From a virus (taxonomy: Duplodnaviria; Caudoviricetes): a stretch of 64,000 nt of DNA. Numbering within the stretch: position 1 is the first letter of the stretch; every line of letters begins with the position of its first letter. Position numbers and translations under genes: made by a program. Shown one piece after another: positions 10,269 to 19,065 of the stretch. The notes beneath the pieces were generated by a model, which did no database searches, was not told the DNA's origin, and was given only the letters and a program-made list of their open reading frames with translations. The stretch covers positions 21,139 through 85,138 of IMG/VR virus record IMGVR_UViG_2974556156_000001, one strand, 5' to 3'.

Positions 10269-10463
10269 ATGAACCTGCAATCCAAGCTGGACTACTGGTC
10301 GCAGCACACCCGTAGCATCACGCGCCACGACGACGAAAACTCGGCCGTCCGCAAGGCCTATCTGGCCAAGATGCGAAAGATCCTCGACGAAGAGGAAGCG
10401 GCCATCGACGAGCGGGATGCTGCTCGCATTAACGAACTGATGGGTGAGAACGAGACCGAGTAA
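10269..10463 (+). CDS. Hypothetical protein
   Basis: 64 aa, fills the gap with coupled start/stop. Confidence 0.55.
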   Translation: MNLQSKLDYWSQHTRSITRHDDENSAVRKAYLAKMRKILDEEEAAIDERDAARINELMGENETE

Positions 10464-10813
10464 TGGCTGGCCTCCTCAATCGTGTGAAGATGGGCATTTC
10501 GGGCGCTCCGGGGAACGGAGCGACGATCACCCTCGCGTCTGCAGAAACTGGCTTCCAGAGCTTCGCTACGGCTGGAGCTGTGGTCGGCATGCAGTACAGC
10601 TACACGATTGAGGAGGGTCAAAGCCTCTGGGAGTCAGGCTTTGGCACCTATAACGGCTCGACCTTCGTTCGTGATCAGGTCGTCGCCGGCAGTAGTGGTG
10701 CGGGAGTTCGTATCACCATCACCAACGCGGCCAAGATTTTCGTGACCGCCCTCAGCGAAGACATCGGTGCGGGTAATCTCGCGACCCTGATGAAGTATGG
10801 AGCCGCGCTCTAA
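10463..10813 (+). CDS. Fibre N-terminal-type structural protein
   Basis: LLNRVK...G.G.TITLA.A.TGFQSF...YTIE.G..WE.G.GTY pattern typical of fibre anchor domains. Confidence 0.6.
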   Translation: MAGLLNRVKMGISGAPGNGATITLASAETGFQSFATAGAVVGMQYSYTIEEGQSLWESGFGTYNGSTFVRDQVVAGSSGAGVRITITNAAKIFVTALSEDIGAGNLATLMKYGAAL

Positions 10814-12042
10814 TGACCGACACGATTGAAGAAATCTGCAACACCTCGATCTCTCTGACTCAGCTCCAAGCCGGATATACGCTTTTTGATCTTCCTGCGA
10901 CCGATGGTTTTGTCATTCGAGACCTGATTGTCTCGAATGTGAAGAACCGCCGAGTGATCCTCATGCGGAACTCAGCCCTCTGGCGCGTCGTGGACGCCTC
11001 CATGGCTCTGTCGGGTACGGAGATCTTGCCGAAGGGGTCTGAGGTCACTGCTCAATACACAGGCTCGCCGATTTTCAATGGCTTTCAAAGTGTCGGACAA
11101 AATGGTGTCTCGGTCACCACGACGAACACGATTTTCGACGATGGCCTGCCTAAGACCAACACCTCTATACTAGTAGGTATGGCTCCAGTGACTACCGTGG
11201 GTAACTCCCCGGTGATCTCTACACCTCTAACTCTAACGCCTATTTTCCAATACCTCGCCAGTAATGGCGACTTCTATTACGCCTCCGACGCTGGGGTATG
11301 TTATCGCCGGGCCGGGGGCGTCAACGGCGCTCAAACCTCTATCTTCTCAGGTAATCCTGTCGGGGCTATAACAGTAGACCCTGTTACTGGGATCATGTAC
11401 GCCTATCACAATAATAGCGGTAATAATATTATCTATCGGCATAATACCACGAACAATACGCCGCTTTCTAGTATAACTCCAGACACAGCTCCCTACACCG
11501 CCTCCAGCGGCAATCCGACAAGGTTAGCTGTCGCAGCGTATAACAACGTTCTGTACGTTGGAACATACAGCAATAATACAATCTGGGTCATCAATGCCAC
11601 TACTGGTGCTTTGATTACCAGCTTCGCCGTCTCAGCATCCCCCGGTTCTCAGCGACCTCAGATGCGTTTCCATAAGACGAAAGACGATAATGTCTACTTT
11701 ACCTATGTGCATGCCACAGACGGTATGAGTGTCTACTCTATTGCTGGGGGTAATCCGGCGACTGCGCCTGGGAGCCCCGTCCTAGTTGCTATGGCGATGA
11801 ACATTTTCAATAACGCAATTTACACCCGGTTAGTTTCATTGGTCGGCACAGACTACGTACTGGCATATGACGGTACAAGCTTTCAATTTATCAATCTCAC
11901 GAACAAGACTTTCTTTACCCAAACGTCAGCCACCCCTGGTAACACCTATATTCTGCAAAGCACCTCTGGTTACGATGCCGCGAGAGCCTCAGCTGATTTC
12001 GGGTCAGTGGTTGTTGAGGTACAAGGTGTTCGCTTTAATTAA
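10813..12042 (+). CDS. Putative receptor-binding protein (beta-propeller-like)
   Basis: 409 aa, Asn/Thr/Tyr-rich repeated beta motifs; visibly AT-richer codons than flanking genes. Confidence 0.55.
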   Translation: MTDTIEEICNTSISLTQLQAGYTLFDLPATDGFVIRDLIVSNVKNRRVILMRNSALWRVVDASMALSGTEILPKGSEVTAQYTGSPIFNGFQSVGQNGVSVTTTNTIFDDGLPKTNTSILVGMAPVTTVGNSPVISTPLTLTPIFQYLASNGDFYYASDAGVCYRRAGGVNGAQTSIFSGNPVGAITVDPVTGIMYAYHNNSGNNIIYRHNTTNNTPLSSITPDTAPYTASSGNPTRLAVAAYNNVLYVGTYSNNTIWVINATTGALITSFAVSASPGSQRPQMRFHKTKDDNVYFTYVHATDGMSVYSIAGGNPATAPGSPVLVAMAMNIFNNAIYTRLVSLVGTDYVLAYDGTSFQFINLTNKTFFTQTSATPGNTYILQSTSGYDAARASADFGSVVVEVQGVRFN

Positions 12043-12056
12043 GGAAGAGATTAGTT

Positions 12057-12371
12057 ATGCTCACGAACGCCTACAACTCTGGTAAACTAGTTGCCATTAC
12101 TGGCGCTGGCTCGGTTGCTAGTCAGGTACTTTACACTGTTCCAGAAGGTAAGACTTTCATCGGTCATGTCACCTGGGGTGCTGGCTCGGGGGTCAACGTG
12201 ACTCTTAGTCTGAACGGCGTGGACGTCGTTTTTGGGTATGGTTCCACAACTACCCAGGGGGGTGGAAGCGTTCCGATCACCCTACCGGCTGGGACTGTTG
12301 TATCGACTTCGGCTACCGGCACGGCCGCCTCAAACCTACCCATTTGTCTGATTGGCAACGAAGTCCAATGA
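12057..12371 (+). CDS. Small beta-rich fibre-associated protein
   Basis: 104 aa after AAGGAAG RBS; LYTVPEGK motif; AT-richer codons. Confidence 0.6.
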   Translation: MLTNAYNSGKLVAITGAGSVASQVLYTVPEGKTFIGHVTWGAGSGVNVTLSLNGVDVVFGYGSTTTQGGGSVPITLPAGTVVSTSATGTAASNLPICLIGNEVQ

Positions 12372-12970
12372 TCGCTCAGCAGCAGCCTGATGGGTCCTGG
12401 ATCGTCACGACGGATGATGGGGCTTACGAGTGTGCCCTGGCCTCGCACAATGGCTCTCCCGAGAGCCTGGTAGCCTTCCTGCAATCGCAGCCATTCAACC
12501 TCTATTTCCGACCCGCCAAGACGTCGGAAGAGCGAGCCGCCGAGCGGCTGGCCGCGCGCAAGGCGACTATCTTGCGCAAGATCGAGGTCGAGTACCAGAG
12601 GCGCTTGCTCGAAGACTTCCCCTACGACTTCGGCACCGCTCCAGCCTTTGATCTGACCGGCGGTAGCCGCCAGGCAGGGGTACTGAACCTGCAGATGGCT
12701 CCTGAGAACCAGCGCGACTGGCAGATCACTTGGCTGGATGCGATCTCGTCGCCACCGACGGCGACGTTGACGATTATCTGCGAGAACCGCTGGTACGTGT
12801 CAGGCCCGCCTGCACTCTTCATCGCGGCGTTCCAGGCCATCAAGACCTCCCGTCAACAGCTCTTGGCTGGAAGTAAGATGCTCGCCAAATTGGTTGAGGA
12901 CGCTGAAACGGACGAGACGCTCGACACAGTAGAAGGCTTGATAGCGCTGCCGGTTTGGGGCATCTCCTAA
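12368..12970 (+). CDS. Tail fibre assembly chaperone-like protein
   Basis: ATG at 12368 overlaps the previous stop; helical C-terminal ~110 aa resembles DUF4376-type fibre chaperones. Confidence 0.5.
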   Translation: MIAQQQPDGSWIVTTDDGAYECALASHNGSPESLVAFLQSQPFNLYFRPAKTSEERAAERLAARKATILRKIEVEYQRRLLEDFPYDFGTAPAFDLTGGSRQAGVLNLQMAPENQRDWQITWLDAISSPPTATLTIICENRWYVSGPPALFIAAFQAIKTSRQQLLAGSKMLAKLVEDAETDETLDTVEGLIALPVWGIS

Positions 12971-12973
12971 GCC

Positions 12974-13840
12974 ATGCTTGGCTTCTACCCGACAGCTTCC
13001 GCACCCATAACGTCGGGTAGCCGAGAACTACCAGTGATCGTCGCTTCGGCGGCGATCATCATGGGAGGTCTGTCGTCGTCAGCTATCGCTGCGGTCACTG
13101 TTGCAGCCACTCTGAACAAGACCATGGCGGGCATGACAGACAACCTGGTCATGGGTGTGGTCGTGACAGGCTCGACGACCAAGACCATGTCGTCTATGAC
13201 GCGAAGCATCTCCGGTGCTCTTAGTATTGCAGCCAGCCTGGCTCGCTCACTGGCGTCTGTGGTCTCAAGCTCTACGGGCTTCCTGTCGATCAATATCTCC
13301 TTGGGTAAGACACTCGGCAACCTGGTCAAGGACCTGCAGATGCAGATCTACGACCGAACGGCCAATGTGAACATCACACTCGCTGGGATGACCGACAACA
13401 TCGTTGCTCAGGTCTCCATCGCCGCCAGCCTTGCCAAGACCTTAGCAGGGATGACCGACAACATCGTTGGTCAGGTCTCGATCGCTGCGAGCCTGTCCAA
13501 GACGATGAACCCTGTTTCAGCATCCATTTCAGGTGCGCTGACGGTGGCGGCCAGCCTTGCCAAGACCCTAGCAGGGATGACCGACAACATCGTTGGTCAG
13601 GTCTCGATCGCTGCGAGCCTGTCCAAGACAATGTCCTCCATGTCACGCTCGATCACCATGGCGGTCTCGATCGCTGCAAGCCTGTCCAAGACGATGTCCT
13701 CCATGTCACGCTCGATCACCATGGCGGTCTCGATCGCTGCGAGCCTGTCCAAGACGATGTCATCCATGTCGCGCTCGATCACCGGGCGGGTTTACATTCT
13801 GCGTCGGACGTTCTTCATGAGGTCTATCAGGAGGTCGTAA
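12974..13840 (+). CDS. Repeat-rich filament/appendage protein (about 11 x 21 aa)
   Basis: MLGFYPTASAPI leader followed by SIAASLSKTMSSMSRSITMAV / SIAASLAKTLAGMTDNIVGQV units. Confidence 0.7.
   Translation: MLGFYPTASAPITSGSRELPVIVASAAIIMGGLSSSAIAAVTVAATLNKTMAGMTDNLVMGVVVTGSTTKTMSSMTRSISGALSIAASLARSLASVVSSSTGFLSINISLGKTLGNLVKDLQMQIYDRTANVNITLAGMTDNIVAQVSIAASLAKTLAGMTDNIVGQVSIAASLSKTMNPVSASISGALTVAASLAKTLAGMTDNIVGQVSIAASLSKTMSSMSRSITMAVSIAASLSKTMSSMSRSITMAVSIAASLSKTMSSMSRSITGRVYILRRTFFMRSIRRS
13424..13629 (+). repeat. Two near-identical ~80-bp copies at 126-bp period
   Basis: gccagccttgccaagac...gtccaagac begins at 13424 and 13550. Confidence 0.85.
13601..13789 (+). repeat. 3 x 63-bp coding tandem repeat
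   Basis: gtctcgatcgctgc...tcgatcacc starts at 13601, 13664 and 13727. Confidence 0.9.
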
Positions 13841-14238
13841 TGTCCAGCTTCACCGAGGCCACGGTCACTAAGCTCGACGTTCGCACACCGCCTGTCTTTC
13901 TCTGGTTCGGCAGTCGTCCCTATTATCGGATCAATGAAGGGTTCCGCTACTATATCGGGCATGTAGGTTCGAACGTCTTCGTGGACGTCCCGGCCGGGTT
14001 CATCACCGACTTTGTGAGCGCCCCATGGCTGGTCGACTGGATCTTCGATCGTAAGAGAGCAGCCAAGTCCGCCGCAGTCCATGATCGCTGTCGGGAGGAT
14101 GAGAGCCTCTCCCTGCTGGAGGGTAACTGTTTCTTCCACATGGCTATGGAGACTGAAAAGACTCCTTGGCTGCAGCGGGAAGTTTACGCCCTGGCTGTCC
14201 GCTTCAATCGATCTCGGATTAAGCATCAGTCGAAGTGA
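13840..14238 (+). CDS. DUF1353-family protein
   Basis: VDVPAGFITDFVSAP and AAVHD motifs. Confidence 0.85.
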   Translation: MSSFTEATVTKLDVRTPPVFLWFGSRPYYRINEGFRYYIGHVGSNVFVDVPAGFITDFVSAPWLVDWIFDRKRAAKSAAVHDRCREDESLSLLEGNCFFHMAMETEKTPWLQREVYALAVRFNRSRIKHQSK

Positions 14239-14292
14239 ATATACACTATACCAATGGGTGGCGTGCTATCACAGGCTGTGCCACTAAGCCTC

Positions 14293-14475
14293 ATGGCAAA
14301 ACCAACCGGCATCATCGCGTATGGTCGTCCCGAGGATCGGCTAAAGCTTGCCGCCATCGCTAAGAGCGAGGGTGTGACGAGCAGCCGTTGGATTGTCGAC
14401 CAGATCCGAAAGCGATATCGGGAGCTGTACGCTGAGACGCCTCCCGAAAACCTCACCGGTGGTGGGGAGAACTAG
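14293..14475 (+). CDS. Ribbon-helix-helix-type DNA-binding protein
   Basis: beta strand (IIAYG) plus RLKLAAIAKSEGVTSSRWIVDQI; ATG at 14293 preferred over 14254. Confidence 0.6.
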   Translation: MAKPTGIIAYGRPEDRLKLAAIAKSEGVTSSRWIVDQIRKRYRELYAETPPENLTGGGEN

Positions 14476-14479
14476 TAGC

Positions 14480-14854
14480 GTGCCAGTGGACCCCGTTGAA
14501 ATGCACCAGGTCATTATGCCGATCATCGACCGGATGATTGACCCTCTCGTGCGTCGTCTCGATCAGCAAGATCAAGACCGGCGGGTCGACATGGCGGCCT
14601 TGGGCCAGAAGATCGACAAGATCGCCGACATCGCCCATCAGATCGCCGCCCACGACGCGCGGGCCAACAACACCGAGAACCGCCTGGCTGATGCGGAGGA
14701 GTCCCTCCTGGCCCTAGCGTCGCGCATCAACATCCAGGAGGGGCGCAACCAGGTGATCGTCTGGTTGCTCGGCCTGGTTGGTGCTCCGCTGACCGTTATG
14801 CTGGTCGCCGCCGGTATCGCGAAGCTCTTCAATATCAAGTTTGGGGGAGGGTAG
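14480..14854 (+). CDS. Membrane protein with coiled coil and one C-terminal TM (holin/antiholin candidate)
   Basis: GTG 14480 after GGGGAG; VIVWLLGLVGAPLTVMLVAAGIAKLF; located in the lysis cassette. Confidence 0.55.
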   Translation: MPVDPVEMHQVIMPIIDRMIDPLVRRLDQQDQDRRVDMAALGQKIDKIADIAHQIAAHDARANNTENRLADAEESLLALASRINIQEGRNQVIVWLLGLVGAPLTVMLVAAGIAKLFNIKFGGG

Positions 14855-14856
14855 CC

Positions 14857-15237
14857 ATGGCTGACAAGACGCCCACGGCGACCGTCGCAGAGCCGGAAGT
14901 CACGGCGTCCTCGCCAGCCGGAGCTACCGTTCAACAGCGGACGATCAGTCACGAGGAAGCCTCCGATCTGCCCGAGCCCAAGCGGGCCTCGCAGATCTGG
15001 TTCTTCTTCGTCGTCGTCCTGGCCTGTCTGGGCCTGACCTACTGGGTCACCGGACGCACCCACTCTGAGCCGACGTTGCGGGAGATCGCCCGCAACGCGC
15101 TGGCTATCGTGGCCCTGATCGTGTTCGTGTTCGGCGCTGGTGCTGGCGCTCTCGACGTGGTTAAACTCGTCGGTGCTATCAGAACCACCCGTAAGGAGAC
15201 CGTCACGACGGCGGTCGGTGAGGAGCCCAAGCCGTGA
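14857..15237 (+). CDS. Holin candidate (two TM helices)
   Basis: IWFFFVVVLACLGLTYWV and ALAIVALIVFVFGAGAGAL; directly upstream of the endolysin. Confidence 0.6.
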   Translation: MADKTPTATVAEPEVTASSPAGATVQQRTISHEEASDLPEPKRASQIWFFFVVVLACLGLTYWVTGRTHSEPTLREIARNALAIVALIVFVFGAGAGALDVVKLVGAIRTTRKETVTTAVGEEPKP

Positions 15238-15920
15238 ACCTGTCCGATCTCCAGGCTCATCTGAAGACCAGCGGTCGCTACAGCGGCAAGGTCGATGGTA
15301 TCTGGGGCCGCCTGACGTCCTCGGCGATCCTGCTGATGATGACCGACGGTCCCGATACCGCACTGGTCGAGGCGGACTTCGCCGCCTCGGCCCAGCGCCT
15401 GGCGGTCCCTATCCGCAACATCAAGGCTGTGACGCAGGTCGAAGCGCCGGGCTCGGGCTTCCAGGCGGGTCTACCGAAGATCCTGCCGGAGCCGCACCGC
15501 TTCTCGCGGAATACGGGCGGCCGGTTCGATCGGACCTATCCGACCATCTCGTATCCGAACTGGGGTGCCCGGCCGTATCCGGCCACCCAGGACGCCCGCT
15601 ACGACACCTTGCTGGCCATGGTCCGTCTGGACGTGGACGCTGGCTTCGCTTCGGCCTCCTATGGCCGCTTCCAGATCATGGGGGAAAACGCCGGCATGTG
15701 CGGCTACGCCTCCAGCATGGCCTTCGCGGAGGCCATGGCGCGTGACGAGAAGACCCAGCTGCGGGCCTTCGAGGCGTTCGTCACAAAGAAGGGTCTGGTC
15801 CAGGCCCTTCGTCAGATCTCGACCAATCCGGCCGACTGTGTGCCGTTCGCCAGAGGCTATAACGGCACAGGCTTCGCCAAGCAGAACTACCACGGCAAGA
15901 TCGCTGCGGCCGTCCGATGA
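15234..15920 (+). CDS. Endolysin: PG-binding domain + N-acetylmuramidase (DUF3380-type)
   Basis: VDGIWGRLT; IKAV..VE...SGF...PKIL.EPH.F; SYGRFQIMGEN; FARGYNG. Confidence 0.9.
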   Translation: MNLSDLQAHLKTSGRYSGKVDGIWGRLTSSAILLMMTDGPDTALVEADFAASAQRLAVPIRNIKAVTQVEAPGSGFQAGLPKILPEPHRFSRNTGGRFDRTYPTISYPNWGARPYPATQDARYDTLLAMVRLDVDAGFASASYGRFQIMGENAGMCGYASSMAFAEAMARDEKTQLRAFEAFVTKKGLVQALRQISTNPADCVPFARGYNGTGFAKQNYHGKIAAAVR

Positions 15921-16360
15921 ACATCCCCTGGATCACCATCGGGGTCGCCGCCAGCGCCTTGGCTACCGGCATCGCCGGAGGCTACTTGGTTCGTGAGGAA
16001 ATTGGCGATCGGCGCATCGAGAGGTGCGCCACCAGCATCGGCAAGATCCGCGAGGGTGACGAAAGCCTGAAGGGCTGTGCTGTCCCCATCCAGAACGCTT
16101 TTGCGGCGGTCAAGTCGGCTTTGCAGACGACCGAGATTGAGTACCGCGACAAGACCAACACGATCGTGGTCCACGATCAGACCGAGGACCGTCAGCGTTA
16201 CGCTCAAGAACTGCTCGACGTCCAAGCCCTCCAACAGGTGACCAAGACCGATGCGTGCGCCGCTTCTCCTGCTATGCGCCTTCGTCGTGAGCAGCTGCTC
16301 CGGGATGAAGGACCTGCCGAAGTTCCAGCTGAACGCCCGGCCTACCAAGCTCCCCGCTGA
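15917..16360 (+). CDS. Inner-membrane spanin (Rz-like)
   Basis: N-terminal TM then periplasmic helical region, after the endolysin. Confidence 0.75.
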   Translation: MNIPWITIGVAASALATGIAGGYLVREEIGDRRIERCATSIGKIREGDESLKGCAVPIQNAFAAVKSALQTTEIEYRDKTNTIVVHDQTEDRQRYAQELLDVQALQQVTKTDACAASPAMRLRREQLLRDEGPAEVPAERPAYQAPR

Positions 16361-16553
16361 GCTGTTCACCTGTGACCCTGCGCCGGGCGCTTGGCCGGCG
16401 GACGCGGATGACGTCGCGATGGCGGTGAACGAGACCAAGCGCACGGCGGCAGGAAACAGCTGCCGTCAGCAGCTGCACACGCTCTGCCAGATCTACAAGG
16501 CCAACAACCTGGTCATCGGCGAGTGCATTGCGCCCAAGACGGTCAAGCCTTAA
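16251..16553 (+). CDS. Outer-membrane spanin lipoprotein (Rz1-like)
   Basis: Signal peptide with VSSC lipobox, Pro/Cys content, overlaps the i-spanin 3' end in another frame. Confidence 0.8.
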   Translation: MRAPLLLLCAFVVSSCSGMKDLPKFQLNARPTKLPAELFTCDPAPGAWPADADDVAMAVNETKRTAAGNSCRQQLHTLCQIYKANNLVIGECIAPKTVKP

Positions 16554-16580
16554 AAGACGCCATCAACCAAGGAGAGCACC

Positions 16581-17084
16581 GTGAGCGCCAATTCCGAAGA
16601 AGACATCCTGGAACTGCGCCGACAGGGCGAACGGTCCTTCAACAACACGGTGGTGGCCACGGCTGTCCCCACCATCCAGGCCTCGACCTATGCCTCGGGC
16701 AACGTGGTCGGCTCGCTAATGGATCTGCCAGGTATGGGTGTGAGCACCAGCCTGGACGGTCTGTTGCAGTCGGTTTCCTTGTTCTCGAAGACGGCGCAAA
16801 CGGCCCCTATGGATCTGATCCTGTTCCATACTGAACCTGTCACCAGCTTCGTCGATAAGACTGTCCTAGCTCTCGGCGTTGAGGATGTTGATAAGATCCT
16901 CGACGTGGTGCCTCTAACGAGCTGGACCAACCTGGGCACGCCCAGTATCAGCCAGGCCAAGGGTCTTTCCGAACCCTACCGCCTGGCTACGACGACGATG
17001 CACGCCCTGTTGGTGGCCCGAGGCTCTTTCACGTTCGGCTCGACGTCAGATCTGAAGCTTGCGGCTAAGGCGTTTGTGGACTGA
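16581..17084 (+). CDS. Putative virion decoration / spike-base protein
   Basis: GTG after AAGGAG; beta-rich (YASGNVVG, GLLQSV, DLILF) jelly-roll-like pattern. Confidence 0.45.
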   Translation: MSANSEEDILELRRQGERSFNNTVVATAVPTIQASTYASGNVVGSLMDLPGMGVSTSLDGLLQSVSLFSKTAQTAPMDLILFHTEPVTSFVDKTVLALGVEDVDKILDVVPLTSWTNLGTPSISQAKGLSEPYRLATTTMHALLVARGSFTFGSTSDLKLAAKAFVD

Positions 17085-18265
17085 TGCGCCTGCGGCCTCA
17101 ATTTATCGCGAGCGTGCTCACCCCTAAGAGGGGTGAGGGCGACCCCATAGCCGCGCTGTTCGCCAACGGCTCGCCGGGTCTCGACTACGATTTCTCCAAG
17201 ACCGATCGCCTGTTTCAGGACAGCAGCGGCGTCACTGCTGTGACCCTGTTAGATGACCCGATCGGCCTGGCGCTTGATAGTGACCAGTGGGCGGGACGGA
17301 CTCTTGCTCAGCAGATCGCCTCCATGCCGGGGATGCTTGCGAACCCGACCTTTGTAGGCGGTTTGGCCGGGTGGTTCGAAGGCAACCCGTCCGTCGCTTG
17401 GCAGGCTGACGGAAGGGTTCTGCTCACCAGGGTCGGCCAGAACGCCGTCCTGCGACAAGTCGTTCCTGTGGTTGCAGGCCGGACCTACCGCTTGGCCGCG
17501 AGCGCACTACGCACCGTGGGAACAGGCAACATGGTGGCCCTAGTGCGGGATACCGCAAACGTCGCTTTGTCGACTGTCTTGAACTTCAACACATCGGCCG
17601 CCGAACAGGCGACCTACTGGACCGCGACCTTTACAGGCGACGTTCGGATCTGCCTGGAGCGCACCACGACGGACGGGCAAGGGGAGGCCTACAGTGCCTC
17701 CTTCAAAGAGGTTGTCACGAGCCCAGCGGTCCAAGCTACCGCCAATTTCAAACCGCGCTTCCAGCCGGATGGGGCGAAGTTTGACGCCGTCGACGACCGC
17801 TTGGTGAGCAACTACACGCCGCCCAACACAACAACCGCTCCTAGCTGCATGATCGCGCGAGTGACGGTCCCGACAACGCTCGCGGCGTCTCAAATGATCG
17901 CGGGGTCCTTCAACGGGACCAGCCAGCGGTTTTTCCTCTCGGTCGGTTCAGACGGTCGGATGCGAGCCGGCGGGGGCACAGAAAACCTTCCGTTCGGCTC
18001 AGACATTCGCGGCCAGTCCGTGGTGATGGGCATGAGCTTCGACGCTACGACCTTCCGTGTCTTCCTGAACGACAGCGAGCTTTATTCAGGTTCACCATCA
18101 GGGTCGGTTTCCCCGCTTCACCCCCTCTATGTCGGCTGCTTCAACAGCAACGGCAGCGCAGGGGGGTTTTGGGGAGGCCACATCAAGCGCCTGCTTGTCG
18201 CCCAGAAGTCGCTCGAACTCCCTCAGTTCCTCGCCATCCGCAACCGCCTTCTCTCTGGAGCATAA
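17084..18265 (+). CDS. Lectin-like (LamG/ConA + CBM-like) fibre protein
   Basis: LFANG..G..YDFS....LFQD..G.T.V...DPIG N-terminus; KPRFQPDGAKFDAVDD; C-terminal LYVG...G.FWGGHI..L LamG-like end. Confidence 0.65.
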   Translation: MRLRPQFIASVLTPKRGEGDPIAALFANGSPGLDYDFSKTDRLFQDSSGVTAVTLLDDPIGLALDSDQWAGRTLAQQIASMPGMLANPTFVGGLAGWFEGNPSVAWQADGRVLLTRVGQNAVLRQVVPVVAGRTYRLAASALRTVGTGNMVALVRDTANVALSTVLNFNTSAAEQATYWTATFTGDVRICLERTTTDGQGEAYSASFKEVVTSPAVQATANFKPRFQPDGAKFDAVDDRLVSNYTPPNTTTAPSCMIARVTVPTTLAASQMIAGSFNGTSQRFFLSVGSDGRMRAGGGTENLPFGSDIRGQSVVMGMSFDATTFRVFLNDSELYSGSPSGSVSPLHPLYVGCFNSNGSAGGFWGGHIKRLLVAQKSLELPQFLAIRNRLLSGA

Positions 18266-18271
18266 GAACCA

Positions 18272-18679
18272 ATGTCTGGTTTGCCCGTCATCATGATCTG
18301 CACCGCCGCCGCCCAGGTGAATATCAACCGTGTTTGGGAAGCCATGGGGCGTGGCCCTGGCACGTTCAGCCGCAAGCTTACGACCGAAACCACCCCTACG
18401 GTGGAAAGCCCGGCGACCCACTACCTGTCGAGCGACGCCAGCACCGACCAAGCGACCGTCGCAATCTGGCAGGGCTTCGCTGGCGGCGACCTCCCGCCGC
18501 TGCCCGAGGGCGTGGTGTGGGGCGAGGAAGGCGTCATCTCTGCCGCAGACGCCATGGCCGCGATCTCGGGCGCTAACCTGCAGATCTACTCCGCCTCCGG
18601 CGACGTCGAGCCGATCGACCACGCCAACGGCGTCCTGCTGGGCCGTGGTCTCAAGTGGGTTCCGGAGCCGGAAGCCTAA
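18272..18679 (+). CDS. Hypothetical partner of the lectin fibre protein
   Basis: 135 aa, genome-typical codon use, adjacent to the lectin gene. Confidence 0.6.
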   Translation: MSGLPVIMICTAAAQVNINRVWEAMGRGPGTFSRKLTTETTPTVESPATHYLSSDASTDQATVAIWQGFAGGDLPPLPEGVVWGEEGVISAADAMAAISGANLQIYSASGDVEPIDHANGVLLGRGLKWVPEPEA

Positions 18680-18717
18680 GCCCCACTCCCGTACATCAAC
18701 TGCGCTTGCCCTCCAAA

Positions 18718-18744
18718 CTACCCAGCCTTAAAACCGCTGGGTAG
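18718..18744. promoter_or_regulatory. 9-bp inverted repeat overlapping a possible sigma70-type promoter
   Basis: CTACCCAGC-cttaaaacc-GCTGGGTAG; TTGCCC(18706)-17 nt-TAAAAC(18729). Confidence 0.4.
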
Positions 18745-18763
18745 CCTCACTTGGAGATATACC

Positions 18764-18835
18764 ATGCTGGTCATTACCACTCTCGACGGTACCAGGTTGT
18801 GGCGCTTGCGGGGACCTCCCCGCGAACCTGGCTAG
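18764..18835 (+). CDS. 23-aa small ORF (MLVITTLDGTRLWRLRGPPREPG), not in ORF track
   Basis: GGAGA RBS upstream; its TAG overlaps the AGGAGA RBS of the next gene. Confidence 0.45.
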   Translation: MLVITTLDGTRLWRLRGPPREPG

Positions 18836-18845
18836 GAGAACCATC

Positions 18846-19061
18846 ATGACCACGACCGTTAAGGTGCAGTCGCACAACCACCCAGCCCGCGTCGAGATCT
18901 ACGACAACGGCAAGAAGACCGAGGAGCGCGTCCTGCGTCCCGAGGATGGTGAGGTGTCGTTCTACACCACTACCACCCGCGAACTGCGCATCGTGGACGT
19001 CGACTACGACTACGAGCAGAAGGGTGTCTATGATGGGCAGGAAGAACCTGCTCCTGAATAG
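18846..19061 (+). CDS. Hypothetical 71-aa protein
   Basis: Strong AGGAGA RBS, genome-typical codons, followed by a terminator. Confidence 0.75.
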   Translation: MTTTVKVQSHNHPARVEIYDNGKKTEERVLRPEDGEVSFYTTTTRELRIVDVDYDYEQKGVYDGQEEPAPE

Positions 19062-19065
19062 AAGG

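Noticed and set aside
11340-11356. CTCAGGTAA half-site in the receptor-binding gene
   Set aside because: The left arm does not match TTTACC and the region is AT-rich, so a chance match is likely.
13424-13789. Repeats as a CRISPR array or DGR template/variable pair
   Set aside because: Units are contiguous, in-frame coding repeats without unique spacers; there is no adenine-specific mismatch pattern and no reverse transcriptase in the window.
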